Shown: in pieces, positions 49,872-59,876 of the stretch
Layout of the letters: every line of letters starts with the position of its first letter
Numbering within the stretch: the first letter of the stretch is position 1
Assembly: GCA_965218795.1 (NCBI GenBank)
Contig: OZ244653.1
Span: 4,576,001-4,640,000 of the forward strand
Length of the DNA: 64,000 bases
Source of the DNA: a bacterium
Lineage (GTDB): Bacteria > UBA8248 > JACPRG01 > G963555815
Reading direction: 5' to 3'
Notes under the pieces: model-generated
Databases searched by the model: none
What the model was told of the DNA's origin: nothing
What the model saw: the letters and a program-made list of their open reading frames with translations, nothing else
Position numbers and translations under genes: made by a program

Positions 49872-50093
49872 TTATATACTTGAGACAGACGCCCACAAGA
49901 TATATATTCTAGGCATGGACACGTTGCCCTTAGATTTCAACTCCTTTTCCGAATCGTCTGACCTTTCCGCAACGATTTTGTCCACCTCTTTCATGATCCG
50001 TTTTCCGAAGATGCGCTCCATCAGATCGTGCGACGGAAGCTCGGTCGCATTCTTCGGCAATCTCCGTTTCCGCTTTTTGGGAGCCTGACCCAT
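49872..50093 (-). CDS. Small hypothetical protein inside IS1595, divergent from the transposase
   Basis: MGQAPKKRKRR...DLMERIFGKRIMKEVDKIV; no family recognised. Confidence 0.35.
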   Translation of the reverse strand: MGQAPKKRKRRLPKNATELPSHDLMERIFGKRIMKEVDKIVAERSDDSEKELKSKGNVSMPRIYILWASVSSI

Positions 50094-50094
50094 T

Positions 50095-50979
50095 ATGGAC
50101 CTCGTTTCTCTGATTGACAGATTCCCTTGTGACGACAAGTGCAGGGATTTCCTTGAAGATATCCGCTGGCCTCATGGACCAGCCTGCACCCGTTGCGGCG
50201 ATATGAGCGTCTTCGAAATTGACCGGCGCAATCAGTGGGAATGCAGATCATGCCGCTACCAGTTCAGTGTCACGTCCGGGACCATCATGCACGATTCCCA
50301 TCTTCCGCTCCGCAAGTGGTTTCTCGCCATCTACATGATGTGCGAATCCAAGAAGGGCATTTCGGCCAATCAGGTCAAGCGGACCCTGGGGATAACGTAC
50401 AAGACGGCATGGTATCTGTGCCATCGAATCAGGGAAGCGATGGGAAACGAACCCTTTGAGGGTCCGACATTGGTTGGTGTGGTCGAAGTCGATGAAACGC
50501 TTGTGGGCGGCAAGAAAAAGGGCAAGGGCCGCGCGTACAAGGGAAACAAGGTATGGGTCGCCGGAGCCATCCAGCGCGGCGGCAAAGTCCGCGTTGAGCG
50601 AATCTCGGACGTGAAGCGGCACACCATCCACGGCTTCATCCAGCGTGCCGTGAAGGACGAAGCCGAGGCCATCTATACGGACGAACTGAAATCCTACCTG
50701 GGGATTGCCGACCACAACACGCGCCACGAGACGGTCAATCACTCGGAAGAACAGTGGGTCATCGGAGACGTTCACACAAACTCCATTGAAGGGGTCTGGA
50801 GCCTGTTCAAGCGGTCTCTGATGGGTGCGTTCCACAAGATGAGCGCAAAGCATATGGACCGTTACCTCGAAGAGCTTGAATGGCGGTTCAACAACCGGGA
50901 TAACCCCAACATCTTCAACGAGACCCTCCGCCGGATCATGAACACCGAGCCCCTCGAATACAGGAAGTTGGTCGCATAA
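50095..50979 (+). CDS. IS1595-family transposase
   Basis: Zn ribbon CTRC..CRSC, VEVDET, IYTDE, HTNSIEGVWS, YLEELEWRFN. Confidence 0.95.
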   Translation: MDLVSLIDRFPCDDKCRDFLEDIRWPHGPACTRCGDMSVFEIDRRNQWECRSCRYQFSVTSGTIMHDSHLPLRKWFLAIYMMCESKKGISANQVKRTLGITYKTAWYLCHRIREAMGNEPFEGPTLVGVVEVDETLVGGKKKGKGRAYKGNKVWVAGAIQRGGKVRVERISDVKRHTIHGFIQRAVKDEAEAIYTDELKSYLGIADHNTRHETVNHSEEQWVIGDVHTNSIEGVWSLFKRSLMGAFHKMSAKHMDRYLEELEWRFNNRDNPNIFNETLRRIMNTEPLEYRKLVA

Positions 50980-50987
50980 TCAGTTCG

Positions 50988-51422
50988 TCATTCGTTTTGA
51001 ATCTCTCTGCATTCCTTCGAGCAAGTCACGATCCCTGGGTAACGTTCTGCTCTCTCAACGGGAATTTCATCACCACAGACTTGGCAATAGCCCTCGCCGC
51101 AAATCTGGCAAAACTCCCGCTCGGCATCTTCAGGGAGTAGATCGCCGCAGCTTATACAGACCGGACAATCCTCCTTGTCTTTGATGATGTAATCCCCATT
51201 CTGCAGAAACTCATCCGAGCATTTTTCCGAGCAAGTCACGGCCTCTGGGTTACGCTCGATTCGCTCGGCTGAGATTTCTTCGCCGCAGACCTTACAAGGG
51301 TTCTTTGTAAGTTGACGCATAACTTCACCTGCAACCGAAAGCCCTTTGGCAGCGCCCCTTAACACCTTGCGAATGCTCCTACCGATTGCCATTTCGTCCG
51401 TCCCCCATTCTCTGCCAGCCAT
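50988..51422 (-). CDS. Cys-rich protein with two DksA/TraR-like C4 zinc fingers (IS passenger)
   Basis: CKVCGEEISAERIERNPEAVTCSEKC and CQVCGDEIPVERAERYPGIVTCSKEC. Confidence 0.6.
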   Translation of the reverse strand: MAGREWGTDEMAIGRSIRKVLRGAAKGLSVAGEVMRQLTKNPCKVCGEEISAERIERNPEAVTCSEKCSDEFLQNGDYIIKDKEDCPVCISCGDLLPEDAEREFCQICGEGYCQVCGDEIPVERAERYPGIVTCSKECREIQNE

Positions 51423-51473
51423 AGAGCGATGTATTCAATGGTTCCTTCCATCCCATCATGAACATCGGCAAAC

Positions 51474-52160
51474 TCACTTTTCGTCAGCTGGTGGCTTGAG
51501 AATAGCCCTTGCGCCTTTCAGGTCTTCATTTCTTGCGAATTCAGTCAATTTCGACGCAAATATCTGCCATGAATCTTCATAGCCAATAATAGCGAAATAG
51601 CGGAGCGGAATACCTGGATGCTTTATATTAAAAGCATCACAAATTCCAGCAAGACCCCTTCTGGCTTTTTCGTGATCCGATTTGGCCTTTTGGTCGTAGA
51701 GGATATCCCGATACTCGCAAATGATTTCTTGTCTCTCTCCGAACTTGGCAGACTCTTGAGTATATTCCATGCTCAAAATGGCTCTTCTTCGTCGCTCTGC
51801 TCGATTCATGAAAGCGGTTTTGTTTCGTTTCCCCCATAGCCGTGATAACCACTGAGTACACCTTCTGCGCCAAGGCAATTGCGTTGAACCAACCGCTTTG
51901 CTTAATTTGAAGTTGAATTTGATGGGTTTGGCATCGCCCCCGAAGGCAGTTGGTTTTGTCTCTAGATTTCGCTTTCTCCATTTGGGTACAATTTTGTTTT
52001 CAAATAAGATCGTAATACACAATAAGATAACTCCTGTCCCTGCCAACATGAGCCATTTTGATGCCCCAATATCTGGAAACATTTTCTCTATTGCCCGTTC
52101 AATGAAGAAGAGAATAAGTGCGACAATGAGATATATATGGGGTTTCCTAATAGCATCCAT
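51474..52160 (-). CDS. Hypothetical membrane protein (IS passenger, AT-rich)
   Basis: Two N-terminal TM segments and a soluble C-terminal domain. Confidence 0.55.
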   Translation of the reverse strand: MDAIRKPHIYLIVALILFFIERAIEKMFPDIGASKWLMLAGTGVILLCITILFENKIVPKWRKRNLETKPTAFGGDAKPIKFNFKLSKAVGSTQLPWRRRCTQWLSRLWGKRNKTAFMNRAERRRRAILSMEYTQESAKFGERQEIICEYRDILYDQKAKSDHEKARRGLAGICDAFNIKHPGIPLRYFAIIGYEDSWQIFASKLTEFARNEDLKGARAILKPPADEK

Positions 52161-52712
52161 ACCCTCAGGCTACCCCTTGTAGGGGTCTGCGTCAAGTATA
52201 TAATTTCCTTTCCTTCTCCAACTCCTTCATCGGCAATACCTCAACACCTACGTCGATGATGTCCGAGACGTAGAAGCTTAGATGCTTCACGAAAAGGTCA
52301 TGCGCGACGAATGCGTATTTGCCGAACTGGATTTCCACGGCGACCCGCTTCTTCACGAAGTCGGTCTGATTGTACGACATGATCGGCGTGTGTCCCGCAT
52401 CCTCAATGGCCTGCTTCTGCTCCCGTTCCGGCAGCCGTGAATCCCGCACAATCGCTTTTCGTCGTCGGTTACTCAGAAGGTGCTTCGACACTCGCTCCAG
52501 CCGCGTGCCTGGAGCCTCTGCTGAAACGCCTCGTTCATGGCGCCCGGCGAATACAGCAGCCTTCCCCGCATGGTCTTTTCCCGTGAGACCTTCGTCTTGC
52601 AGGCTGTTGCATCGACTTCCGCTATGACTTCCTGAACCTCATTCCACAGTGCGCCGCGGTGGACCAACAGGTATTCTTCGCCGTTCAGGTGGGAGTAAGC
52701 GGGCGCCAATCC

Positions 52713-53618
52713 TCATGTATGCCCGCCGTTTGGCAGCGCCGGATCGTAAACCGGCTTTCCCATCGGGCGGGTTCGCAGGGTTCCGGCCTCTAACGCCTGT
52801 ACGCGCCGCCGGGCGATCTCGACATACTCACGGACGGTATCGCATCCATAGGCGTCCCTGCCGTGCATGAGCGCGGCGATCATGGCCGCCCCGACCCCCA
52901 TGTAGGGATCGAACACCGCGTCGTCTTCGTCCGTCATGGACAGCACCAGCCGTTCCACCAATTCGACAGGAAATTGGCACGGATGGATTGTCTTTTCCGG
53001 ATGGTTGCTTTTCACGTTCGGGAACACCCAAACGTCGCTCGGATTCTTCCCCTTCGGGTTCCCCGACAGCTTACCGATGTTCGGTCCCTTGAAGTGCCGC
53101 TTGCCGGGGTATTTCGCCGGCACGCGGATCGAGTCCAGATTCCACGTGTAATCGTCACCCTTGGTCCACCAGTTGATAGTCTCATAGCGGCCCGAGAGAC
53201 GCTTTGTGCAGTGCAGGCCGTGTCCGAAGTGCCAGACGATCCGGTTGCGAAGCTTGAGCCCCTGATCGCGGAATATCGGATAGAGGATCGTATCAAGCGG
53301 GACGATTGCCCCGTTCTCGACGTAATTCCCGACCTGCCAACAAAGCGAACCTTGCGGGTGCAGAAGCCGGACGCATTCCTGAATGACCCGCTCCTGCATC
53401 GCAAGGTAGGTGTCGAGCGGAGCCTTCCCTTCGTACTCCTTCCCCAAGTTGTAGGGTGGAGACGTGACGATCAGCTTGAATTTTTCGTCCGCCATGTCCC
53501 GCATGAAAGCGAGATTGTCCACGCAGGCCAGGGAGGGGCGATTGTTCGACGGAAAGAGGGTGTGCTCGCCCCGAGCGAGGTCTTCCACGACACTCACGCT
53601 GCCGGATCCTGGCAGCAC
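52713..53618 (-). CDS. Site-specific DNA methyltransferase (N4C/N6A, beta class; M.BglII-like)
   Basis: IVTSPPYN, NRIVWHFGHG, HPCQFP, DPYMGVG; stop overlaps the REase ATG; start uncertain. Confidence 0.9.
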   Translation of the reverse strand: MLPGSGSVSVVEDLARGEHTLFPSNNRPSLACVDNLAFMRDMADEKFKLIVTSPPYNLGKEYEGKAPLDTYLAMQERVIQECVRLLHPQGSLCWQVGNYVENGAIVPLDTILYPIFRDQGLKLRNRIVWHFGHGLHCTKRLSGRYETINWWTKGDDYTWNLDSIRVPAKYPGKRHFKGPNIGKLSGNPKGKNPSDVWVFPNVKSNHPEKTIHPCQFPVELVERLVLSMTDEDDAVFDPYMGVGAAMIAALMHGRDAYGCDTVREYVEIARRRVQALEAGTLRTRPMGKPVYDPALPNGGHT

Positions 53619-53996
53619 AACCGCGCCGATTGCTGTGTAACGTTCAGATCACGATGCAACTTCATGCTCGACACGCCCTTGAGGCTGTTCGTCAGCAGCG
53701 AGATTGCCGTCGTCCATACCTGATAGCCGAGATTGGAACTGTCCATGGCGGCCTTCGTGCGGATGCTGAACCGCTTCCGGCAGGACCGGCATCTGTAGGG
53801 CATGGTCTTGTGCTTCACCCCGCCCCGCACATGAATCGGTCCGCAATGCGGGCAGTGCGGACCATTCGGCCGGCGGATCTCGACGAACCGCTTTCCCGCC
53901 GCCGCGTCATCAGGGGGCATCTTGAGGGAATCTCTTGGTCAAATGAATCAGCGACATCCCTTTTCGGCGGCGCTTGCCGGGGGCTTTCCGTGACAT
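53610..53996 (-). pseudogene. IS1595-family transposase N-terminal remnant
   Basis: MSRKAPGK...; CPHCG, PYRCRSCRKRFS, KGVSSMKLHRDLNVTQ. Confidence 0.8.
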
Positions 53997-54277
53997 GCCC
54001 GGCTCTCTTTCGCGTCGGAAGAATCGTGCCCAAAATGCCGCATCATGTCAACTTCTTTCGGGCGCGATTGTATGGAATCTCCGATTGAACACGCCGGAAA
54101 GCGCCCGACAGCCATCTCTTCTTGGAGACGGGTGTGTTAGCCTGACGATCTACATGCTTTGGATCCCGAGGGAGCGATGGGAAAAAGGGAGCCGGGCCAC
54201 GCGCCTTCGGGCGCCGGGAAGAACGGGGATCAACGGGCCCCATCCGTAACCAGCGGGAAGCGAGGAGGGATCAGGGT

Positions 54278-55024
54278 TTGCGACTGAAAGACAGGGTGGT
54301 CATCGTGACGGGCGGCGCGCGCGGAATCGGCCGTTCTTACGTGCAGGCTTTGGCGAAGGAGGGGGCGAGACTGGTCGTGGCCGATATCGCGGACGCCGGG
54401 GAATCGGTGGAAGAGGCGCGAAGCGCGGGCGGAGAGGCCGTCGCGGTTCCCACGGATGTAACCGATGAGGACTCCACGCAGGCCATGGCGAAGGCCGCGC
54501 TGGACGCCTTCGGACGCATCGATGTCCTGGTGAACAACGCGGGCATCGCGGGCCGGTTCGCGCGCGTTCCGGTGGAGGAAGTGACCGTCGAGCTTTGGGA
54601 CCGTGTCATGGCCGTCAACGCCAAGGGCATGTTTTTGTGCGCGAAGGCGGTCCTGCCCGCCATGAGGGCTCAGAAGTCCGGAAGAATGATCAACATTTCC
54701 TCCCACACGTTTTACCTGGGTGCGTCGGGGATGATCGCCTACACGACTTCCAAGGGAACCGTCCTGGCCTTCACCCGTGCCCTTGCGCGCGAATTGGGGG
54801 ATGACGGAATCGCCGTCAACGCCCTGGCGCCCGACTTCATTCCGATGGATGACGATCTGGAATCCGTGCCCGAGTATGTCGAGAAGTCGATTCAGTCCCG
54901 GTGTTTCAAGCGTTCGCAAGAACCCGAAGACATGCTGGGAACGCTCATCTATCTGGCGAGCGACGACAGCGCCTTCGTCACCGGCCAGACCTTGCTGGTG
55001 AACGGCGGGTCGTATTTTCAGTAG
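54278..55024 (+). CDS. SDR family oxidoreductase
   Basis: TGGARGIG, NNAG, YTTSK. Confidence 0.93.
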   Translation: MRLKDRVVIVTGGARGIGRSYVQALAKEGARLVVADIADAGESVEEARSAGGEAVAVPTDVTDEDSTQAMAKAALDAFGRIDVLVNNAGIAGRFARVPVEEVTVELWDRVMAVNAKGMFLCAKAVLPAMRAQKSGRMINISSHTFYLGASGMIAYTTSKGTVLAFTRALARELGDDGIAVNALAPDFIPMDDDLESVPEYVEKSIQSRCFKRSQEPEDMLGTLIYLASDDSAFVTGQTLLVNGGSYFQ

Positions 55025-55050
55025 ACGGGTCATGGAGCTTTGGGAATTTG

Positions 55051-55132
55051 AGGGAGGGGCGCACGGCTGTGCGACCCTCCGTGATCCCCGGTTTTGACGT
55101 GAGTACTCTGGGGGCAGGCACCGCCTGCACCG
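55051..55132. repeat. REP-like palindromes
   Basis: GGAGGGGCGCACGGCTGTGCGACCCTCC and GCAGGCACCGCCTGC. Confidence 0.5.
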
Positions 55133-55489
55133 GTTTCGCCGGGCACAAGGGGTAATGATTTTCGATTCCGTGATTCAGCCCGGTTGCGGCCGCGAAAGCG
55201 CGGAGGCGCGTCGCCTCCCCCAAAGCCCGCCTGGAAAGGATCTCCAGAATCTCTGACGTCCGCTCAAGCTGGGGATCACCCAGCGTACACCCCTGCGGGC
55301 AAATCCGCCGGAATCTTGTCGTTGAAGGTTCGGTCCTGTCACTGAAGGCAGCGGTCTTAGACGGGGCTTCTTCTATCCCGCCCGGCCTTTTCCTTTGTTG
55401 GTCTTCTCGGATGCCTACTTCGTAGAAGCTTTCTTCGTTGATTCGCCTTTGGGCGAGGCGGACATCTTAACCGCCGCGGCCTTCGGCTT

Positions 55490-57079
55490 CTACGCGCTTT
55501 TTTCTTCCTTCACCCACCACTTCGGGATCTTCAGGTCATCGGCCATGACGTTGACGCAATTATAGCCGTTGGCCGCGTGGCACCCCCCGCGCGGGTGGGT
55601 GCTCGGCCCGCACAGATACAGGCCCTCGATCGGCGTCCGGTAGGGACGCTCGCCGGGCATCGGCCGGAGGATGCCCATCTGGTCCTGGGTCAGCCGGCCT
55701 CCCATCGTATCGCCTTTTACCATGCAGATGTTCGTGTTCCAGATGTCGCGGGGCGTGAACACCCTGCGGCCCAGCACGGCCGAGGCGCTCACGTTCGGGG
55801 CGTGTTGGCTCAACAGCCCCACGCACTCGTCCGCGTATTCCTCCTTGATCCCGTCCCACTTTTCGGGGCCGATCCGGAGGTCGTGCGGAGCATACTGCCA
55901 GATGGCGATGACGTGCTTCCCCGGAGGCGATTGGGTCGTGTCGAACCGGGTCGGATGCAGGACGGTGTAACAGGGCGGACTGACGAGGATGCCGTCTTCC
56001 ATCTGCCGGAATTCGCGCTTGATGTCCTCGAAATCCTCCCGGCCGAGGACGACGTTGTACGACTGGTTGACGTTGGGATTCTCGGTCCGGTAGTTCACGT
56101 CCTCGTCCAGCGCGACGTTGACAGCGAACATGCCGAAATAGTTCCACTGGAAGTTTTTGACCTTCTGGACATAGGCCTCATCGAGCGTCTCCTCCCCCAC
56201 GAGCTCGAGCATGAGCTGACCCGGCTCCACGTTGCTGGCAATGCCCGTCCGGGCGTTGATCCGGTCGCCGTTCTCCAGCCGGACCCCTACGGCGCGGTCC
56301 CCCTCGAGGATGACCTCGGAGACGTGCGCGTTCGTGATGACCTCTCCGCCGTGATGCTCCAGGAAGCGGGTCATGGCCTGGGTCAGGGTCCCCGCGCCGC
56401 CGATGCAGGTGGCGTTCCCCGTCGACAGGTGCTGATTCACAATCAGGGTGATCGGAACGGCCCCCGACCCCTTGGCGCCGTAATGGTTCAGCGTCTGGAG
56501 GCAATAGCCGAGGAAGAAGGTCTTGGTGCGCTCGTGCTCGAAGAGCTCATCCGCCACGTCTACCATGCTCATGAGCAGGTACTTCTGGACTTCCTGACCG
56601 TTCGGGAGCGCTTCGTAGAGCTCCATGACTTTCGACATGGGGAGCGGGGGCGCGAAAAAGGCTTTGGCGAACAGGGCGAACGCGTCCTTCATGGAGAGGA
56701 CCCAATCCTTGTAGGACTTGGCGTCCCGCTCGGAGAATTGTGCGATCTCTCTTGCGGTGTCATCGACGTCCCGGTATACGGTGATGCTCTTTCCGTCCTT
56801 CCACAAGTGCGACGAAATGATCGGGGGGAAGATGTACTTGCAGCCGTGCTTCTCGAGCTCGAGGTCCTTGTAAACCGGGCCGATGTGCACCCAGTGATGA
56901 TTCATCGCGTGCGTGTTCATGATGAAGCCCGGGATGAGCTCCTCCGAGATGACGCCGCCGCCGATGATGTCCCGCCTCTCCAGGACAATCACGCTCTGCC
57001 CCGCCTTGGCCAGGTAACCGGCCAAAGCCAGACCGTTGTGTCCCGCCCCGATCACGATGACATCGCAAGTTTCCGCCAC
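55490..57079 (-). CDS. Phytoene desaturase-like NAD(P)/FAD-dependent oxidoreductase
   Basis: GAGHNGL, LERRDIIGGG, YRTPIEGLYLCGPSTHPRGG. Confidence 0.9.
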   Translation of the reverse strand: MAETCDVIVIGAGHNGLALAGYLAKAGQSVIVLERRDIIGGGVISEELIPGFIMNTHAMNHHWVHIGPVYKDLELEKHGCKYIFPPIISSHLWKDGKSITVYRDVDDTAREIAQFSERDAKSYKDWVLSMKDAFALFAKAFFAPPLPMSKVMELYEALPNGQEVQKYLLMSMVDVADELFEHERTKTFFLGYCLQTLNHYGAKGSGAVPITLIVNQHLSTGNATCIGGAGTLTQAMTRFLEHHGGEVITNAHVSEVILEGDRAVGVRLENGDRINARTGIASNVEPGQLMLELVGEETLDEAYVQKVKNFQWNYFGMFAVNVALDEDVNYRTENPNVNQSYNVVLGREDFEDIKREFRQMEDGILVSPPCYTVLHPTRFDTTQSPPGKHVIAIWQYAPHDLRIGPEKWDGIKEEYADECVGLLSQHAPNVSASAVLGRRVFTPRDIWNTNICMVKGDTMGGRLTQDQMGILRPMPGERPYRTPIEGLYLCGPSTHPRGGCHAANGYNCVNVMADDLKIPKWWVKEEKSA

Positions 57080-57141
57080 TTCATCGCCTCCTTTGCTTGA
57101 GTCCCCTCGGGTATCGAAGATGGATCATTTCATTCGAGATT

Positions 57142-57960
57142 TCACTTGCCGCATGGGAGAAAATCCCGGCGTATCACCCGACAGAGCCAATCCACGCCCA
57201 GCTCGAATTCCTTCTCGCCTTTCTTGGCCGTCGCCAGGTCCGCCCGGCCCACGAATCCGGACGCCGAGACCTCGCCGAAATCCGCCGGGGGCGAGTAGAC
57301 GGCCCCGCCGTTCAGCACCAGCTCGTCATAAGCGATCTTTTCCTTCGATCCCTCCGGAAAGTAGCTTCCCGCAAGGCTCATATCCACCAAATTTGGATGG
57401 GAGGCCAAGACACGGGAGGTTTCCATCTCTCCGGCGTGACCGTCCGCGCCGGGCGAATCCGCGGTGGATAATTCATGCCGGGCGTCGTAATCCCCGACGC
57501 GCAGCCATCCCCACAAGACGGCCGTCCGGGCTCCCAATTCATCCACTAGGTCGCGGGCGACGACGAGGAGAGGACCATAGCTGTCCAGGTGGCAGACGAG
57601 CCAGAGTATCTTCCGAAACCCGTGCCGAAACAGACTTCGCCCCACGTCTCGGGCCAGGGCCGAAAAGGTGTCGTTGGAAAGTGTGAGCGTCCCCGGCCAG
57701 CGCATTCGGTCCGATGTCGGCGCATACGGAATGACCGTCCCGACGGCCGACTGCCCATCCTCTTGAAGACGGGCGATCACGCGCCGGCAGAGGGTTTCGC
57801 CGGAAAACGCGTCGGTCCAAAGCGGCAGATGCGGACCGTGTTGTTCGGTCGAGCCGGCTGCGACCAGGGCCAAGTCGGACGTCTTCAGCACGGCTTCGAC
57901 CTCGGGGGACGTCATCTCGCCGAGGAGTTTCGGACCCATGACGTTGTACAGGGGATCCAT
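57142..57960 (-). CDS. Creatininase family amidohydrolase
   Basis: GSTEQHGPHLPLWTD, GHAGEMETS. Confidence 0.88.
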   Translation of the reverse strand: MDPLYNVMGPKLLGEMTSPEVEAVLKTSDLALVAAGSTEQHGPHLPLWTDAFSGETLCRRVIARLQEDGQSAVGTVIPYAPTSDRMRWPGTLTLSNDTFSALARDVGRSLFRHGFRKILWLVCHLDSYGPLLVVARDLVDELGARTAVLWGWLRVGDYDARHELSTADSPGADGHAGEMETSRVLASHPNLVDMSLAGSYFPEGSKEKIAYDELVLNGGAVYSPPADFGEVSASGFVGRADLATAKKGEKEFELGVDWLCRVIRRDFLPCGK

Positions 57961-58395
57961 GGCAAGCAGTATGCGCAATGGGGTTCTGGGGGCGGCCCGC
58001 AAGTTCCCGCGTTGGAGTCGGATTCTCGTTCAATCTTGTTTTGGGTGCAGCCGCGGAATTTCGATTGACGCGATCCCATCTTGAATGCCGGGTTGCCGGG
58101 CTGTCAAGCGGCTGGAAGGCTTCGTGATCCTTGATTTTGAGGGTAGCGCTCTGGGGGAATATTTTGGAGGGAACGTGCCTCTGCGACTTCACGGTGGCTG
58201 GAGGCCAATCAGAGCATCAGATATCGACAACTCATATGCGCGGCGAAAACGGAGCAGGCCGTACCTGCATGCACTGATTGAGCCGTGCTGCATGAACAGA
58301 TTGAGTATGATTAGATCGTTGCGTCCGGCGAAACCGCGGCAGGCCGTGCCCGCCACCTTGGATACAACGTTCTTCAAGAATACAAACCTGGAACA

Positions 58396-59667
58396 TTGAA
58401 CATGGAATCGACCCGGATGAATCAATGGGACCTTATTCTGAAAAACTGTATCCTGCCTGACGGCCGGGGGCCGGTGGATATCGGGATCGGAGAGGAAGTG
58501 ATTGGGGAAATCGCTCCGTCTGCATCCCGACCCGCGAAGTCCGTCATCGAGACCGGCGGAAACCTCGTCGCCCCCGCATTCGTGGATGCGCACGTCTACC
58601 TCGACAAGGCTTTCCTCGCCGAAGAGGCCGAGTTTCTGCCCGATGCCTTCGGAGAAGAAGACCTCATCGATTTGACGCAGTCGGCGGCCGGGCCCATGAA
58701 CCTCGAGGCGGTCGAGAGGCGCGCGCGACGATTTCTCTCGCAGGCCGTTCGTCACGGGACGGGCGTCGTCCGGGGCGTGGCGGATGTTTATCCCGAAATC
58801 GGGACGCGGCGCGTGGAGCTTTTCCTTCGGCTCAAGGAGGAGTTCGCCCCGCGACTCGACCTGCAGGTTCTGGCCTATCCACAGCTCGGCGTGGTTCGGA
58901 CGCCCGGAACCCTGGATTTCTTGCGCGAGGCACTGAATCTGGGTGCGGACGTCCTCGGCGGGGCGCCCGCTTTCGATTCCGACCTGGACGCCCATCTCGA
59001 CAGCCTGTTCGACCTCGCCCGGTCGCTGGACCGCAGGCTCCATTTCTCCTTGGACATGGACCTCCCGAAGGAGATCCCGGCCGAGCGTCTGGAGGTCTGG
59101 AAGGTGATCGAGCGGGCTCGCGCGGCGGGCATGCAGGGGCGGGTGTCCGTGGGTCACCTCTGCGCGCTGGGTTCCATGACGCCGGGGGAGGCGGGCCGGG
59201 CCATCGAGGCCATTTCCGGCGCGGACTTGAACGTCCTCGTGTTTGCATCCTCCCAGCTTTACCGGCTGGGCCGGTCGGATGAGAAAGACGTGCGACGCGG
59301 GTTGACGCGGATCAAGGAATTACTGGCCGCCGGGGTGAACGTGGCCTATGCCTCCAACGACGTTCGCGATGCCTTCAACCCTTTCGGTAACGGAGACCTT
59401 CTGCTCGAAGGATTGACGGTTGCGCAGGCCGCGCACCTCGCTTCGGACGAAGAATTGGCGTCGGTCTTCGAGATGGCGACAAATAATGCGGCCCGCACAC
59501 TGGCGATTGGGGAATCGTACGGTCTGGGGACCGGCAAACGGGCGGATCTGGCGGTCTTTGATGCCCCGTCCGTGGCCGAGGCGATTCGCTCGCAGGTCGA
59601 GAAGACGCACGTCGTCAAAGGCGGCAAACTCGTGGCGCGAAATCAGCGTACCAGTGAATTGATGTAG
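58396..59667 (+). CDS. Cytosine deaminase-like amidohydrolase with altered metal ligands
   Basis: FVDAHVYLDK, QVLAYPQ, GLTRIKELLAAGVNV, DAFNPFGNGD. Confidence 0.82.
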   Translation: MNMESTRMNQWDLILKNCILPDGRGPVDIGIGEEVIGEIAPSASRPAKSVIETGGNLVAPAFVDAHVYLDKAFLAEEAEFLPDAFGEEDLIDLTQSAAGPMNLEAVERRARRFLSQAVRHGTGVVRGVADVYPEIGTRRVELFLRLKEEFAPRLDLQVLAYPQLGVVRTPGTLDFLREALNLGADVLGGAPAFDSDLDAHLDSLFDLARSLDRRLHFSLDMDLPKEIPAERLEVWKVIERARAAGMQGRVSVGHLCALGSMTPGEAGRAIEAISGADLNVLVFASSQLYRLGRSDEKDVRRGLTRIKELLAAGVNVAYASNDVRDAFNPFGNGDLLLEGLTVAQAAHLASDEELASVFEMATNNAARTLAIGESYGLGTGKRADLAVFDAPSVAEAIRSQVEKTHVVKGGKLVARNQRTSELM

Positions 59668-59876
59668 AATCGGCCCCGAAGGATTCGATATTGCTGGATG
59701 TGAATGGGTGTTTTGGCGGGGCGCCCTGAAGCGTTGGCCGGATGGGTCGGTCCCCTCGAAGTCCCCACCCGAAGGATTCTGCCGAGCCTGAGACCCAATC
59801 TCATTGCTCCGCCCGGTTGCTGAGAGAATCAGCGGGCACAGGTTTTACCGGAACGCCTTGAAGGGAGAGGTAATCG

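Larger units (their letters stand above)
49867..52208 (+). mobile_element. IS1595-family element with passenger genes
   Basis: IRs AATTATATACTTGAGACAGAC / GTCTGCGTCAAGTATATAATT; 8-bp direct repeats TTTCCTTC at 49859-49866 and 52209-52216. Confidence 0.92.
49755..52716 (-). pseudogene. BglII/BstYI-family restriction endonuclease, split by IS1595 and further mutated
   Basis: YSHLNGEEY...SYNQTDFVKKRVAVEIQFGKYAFVAHD...LPMKELEKE | MSSGVPYYERDLLNVLRQGRGVPAVPLVLVGVLP*; TGA at 52473 and frameshifts near 52699 and 52433. Confidence 0.88.
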
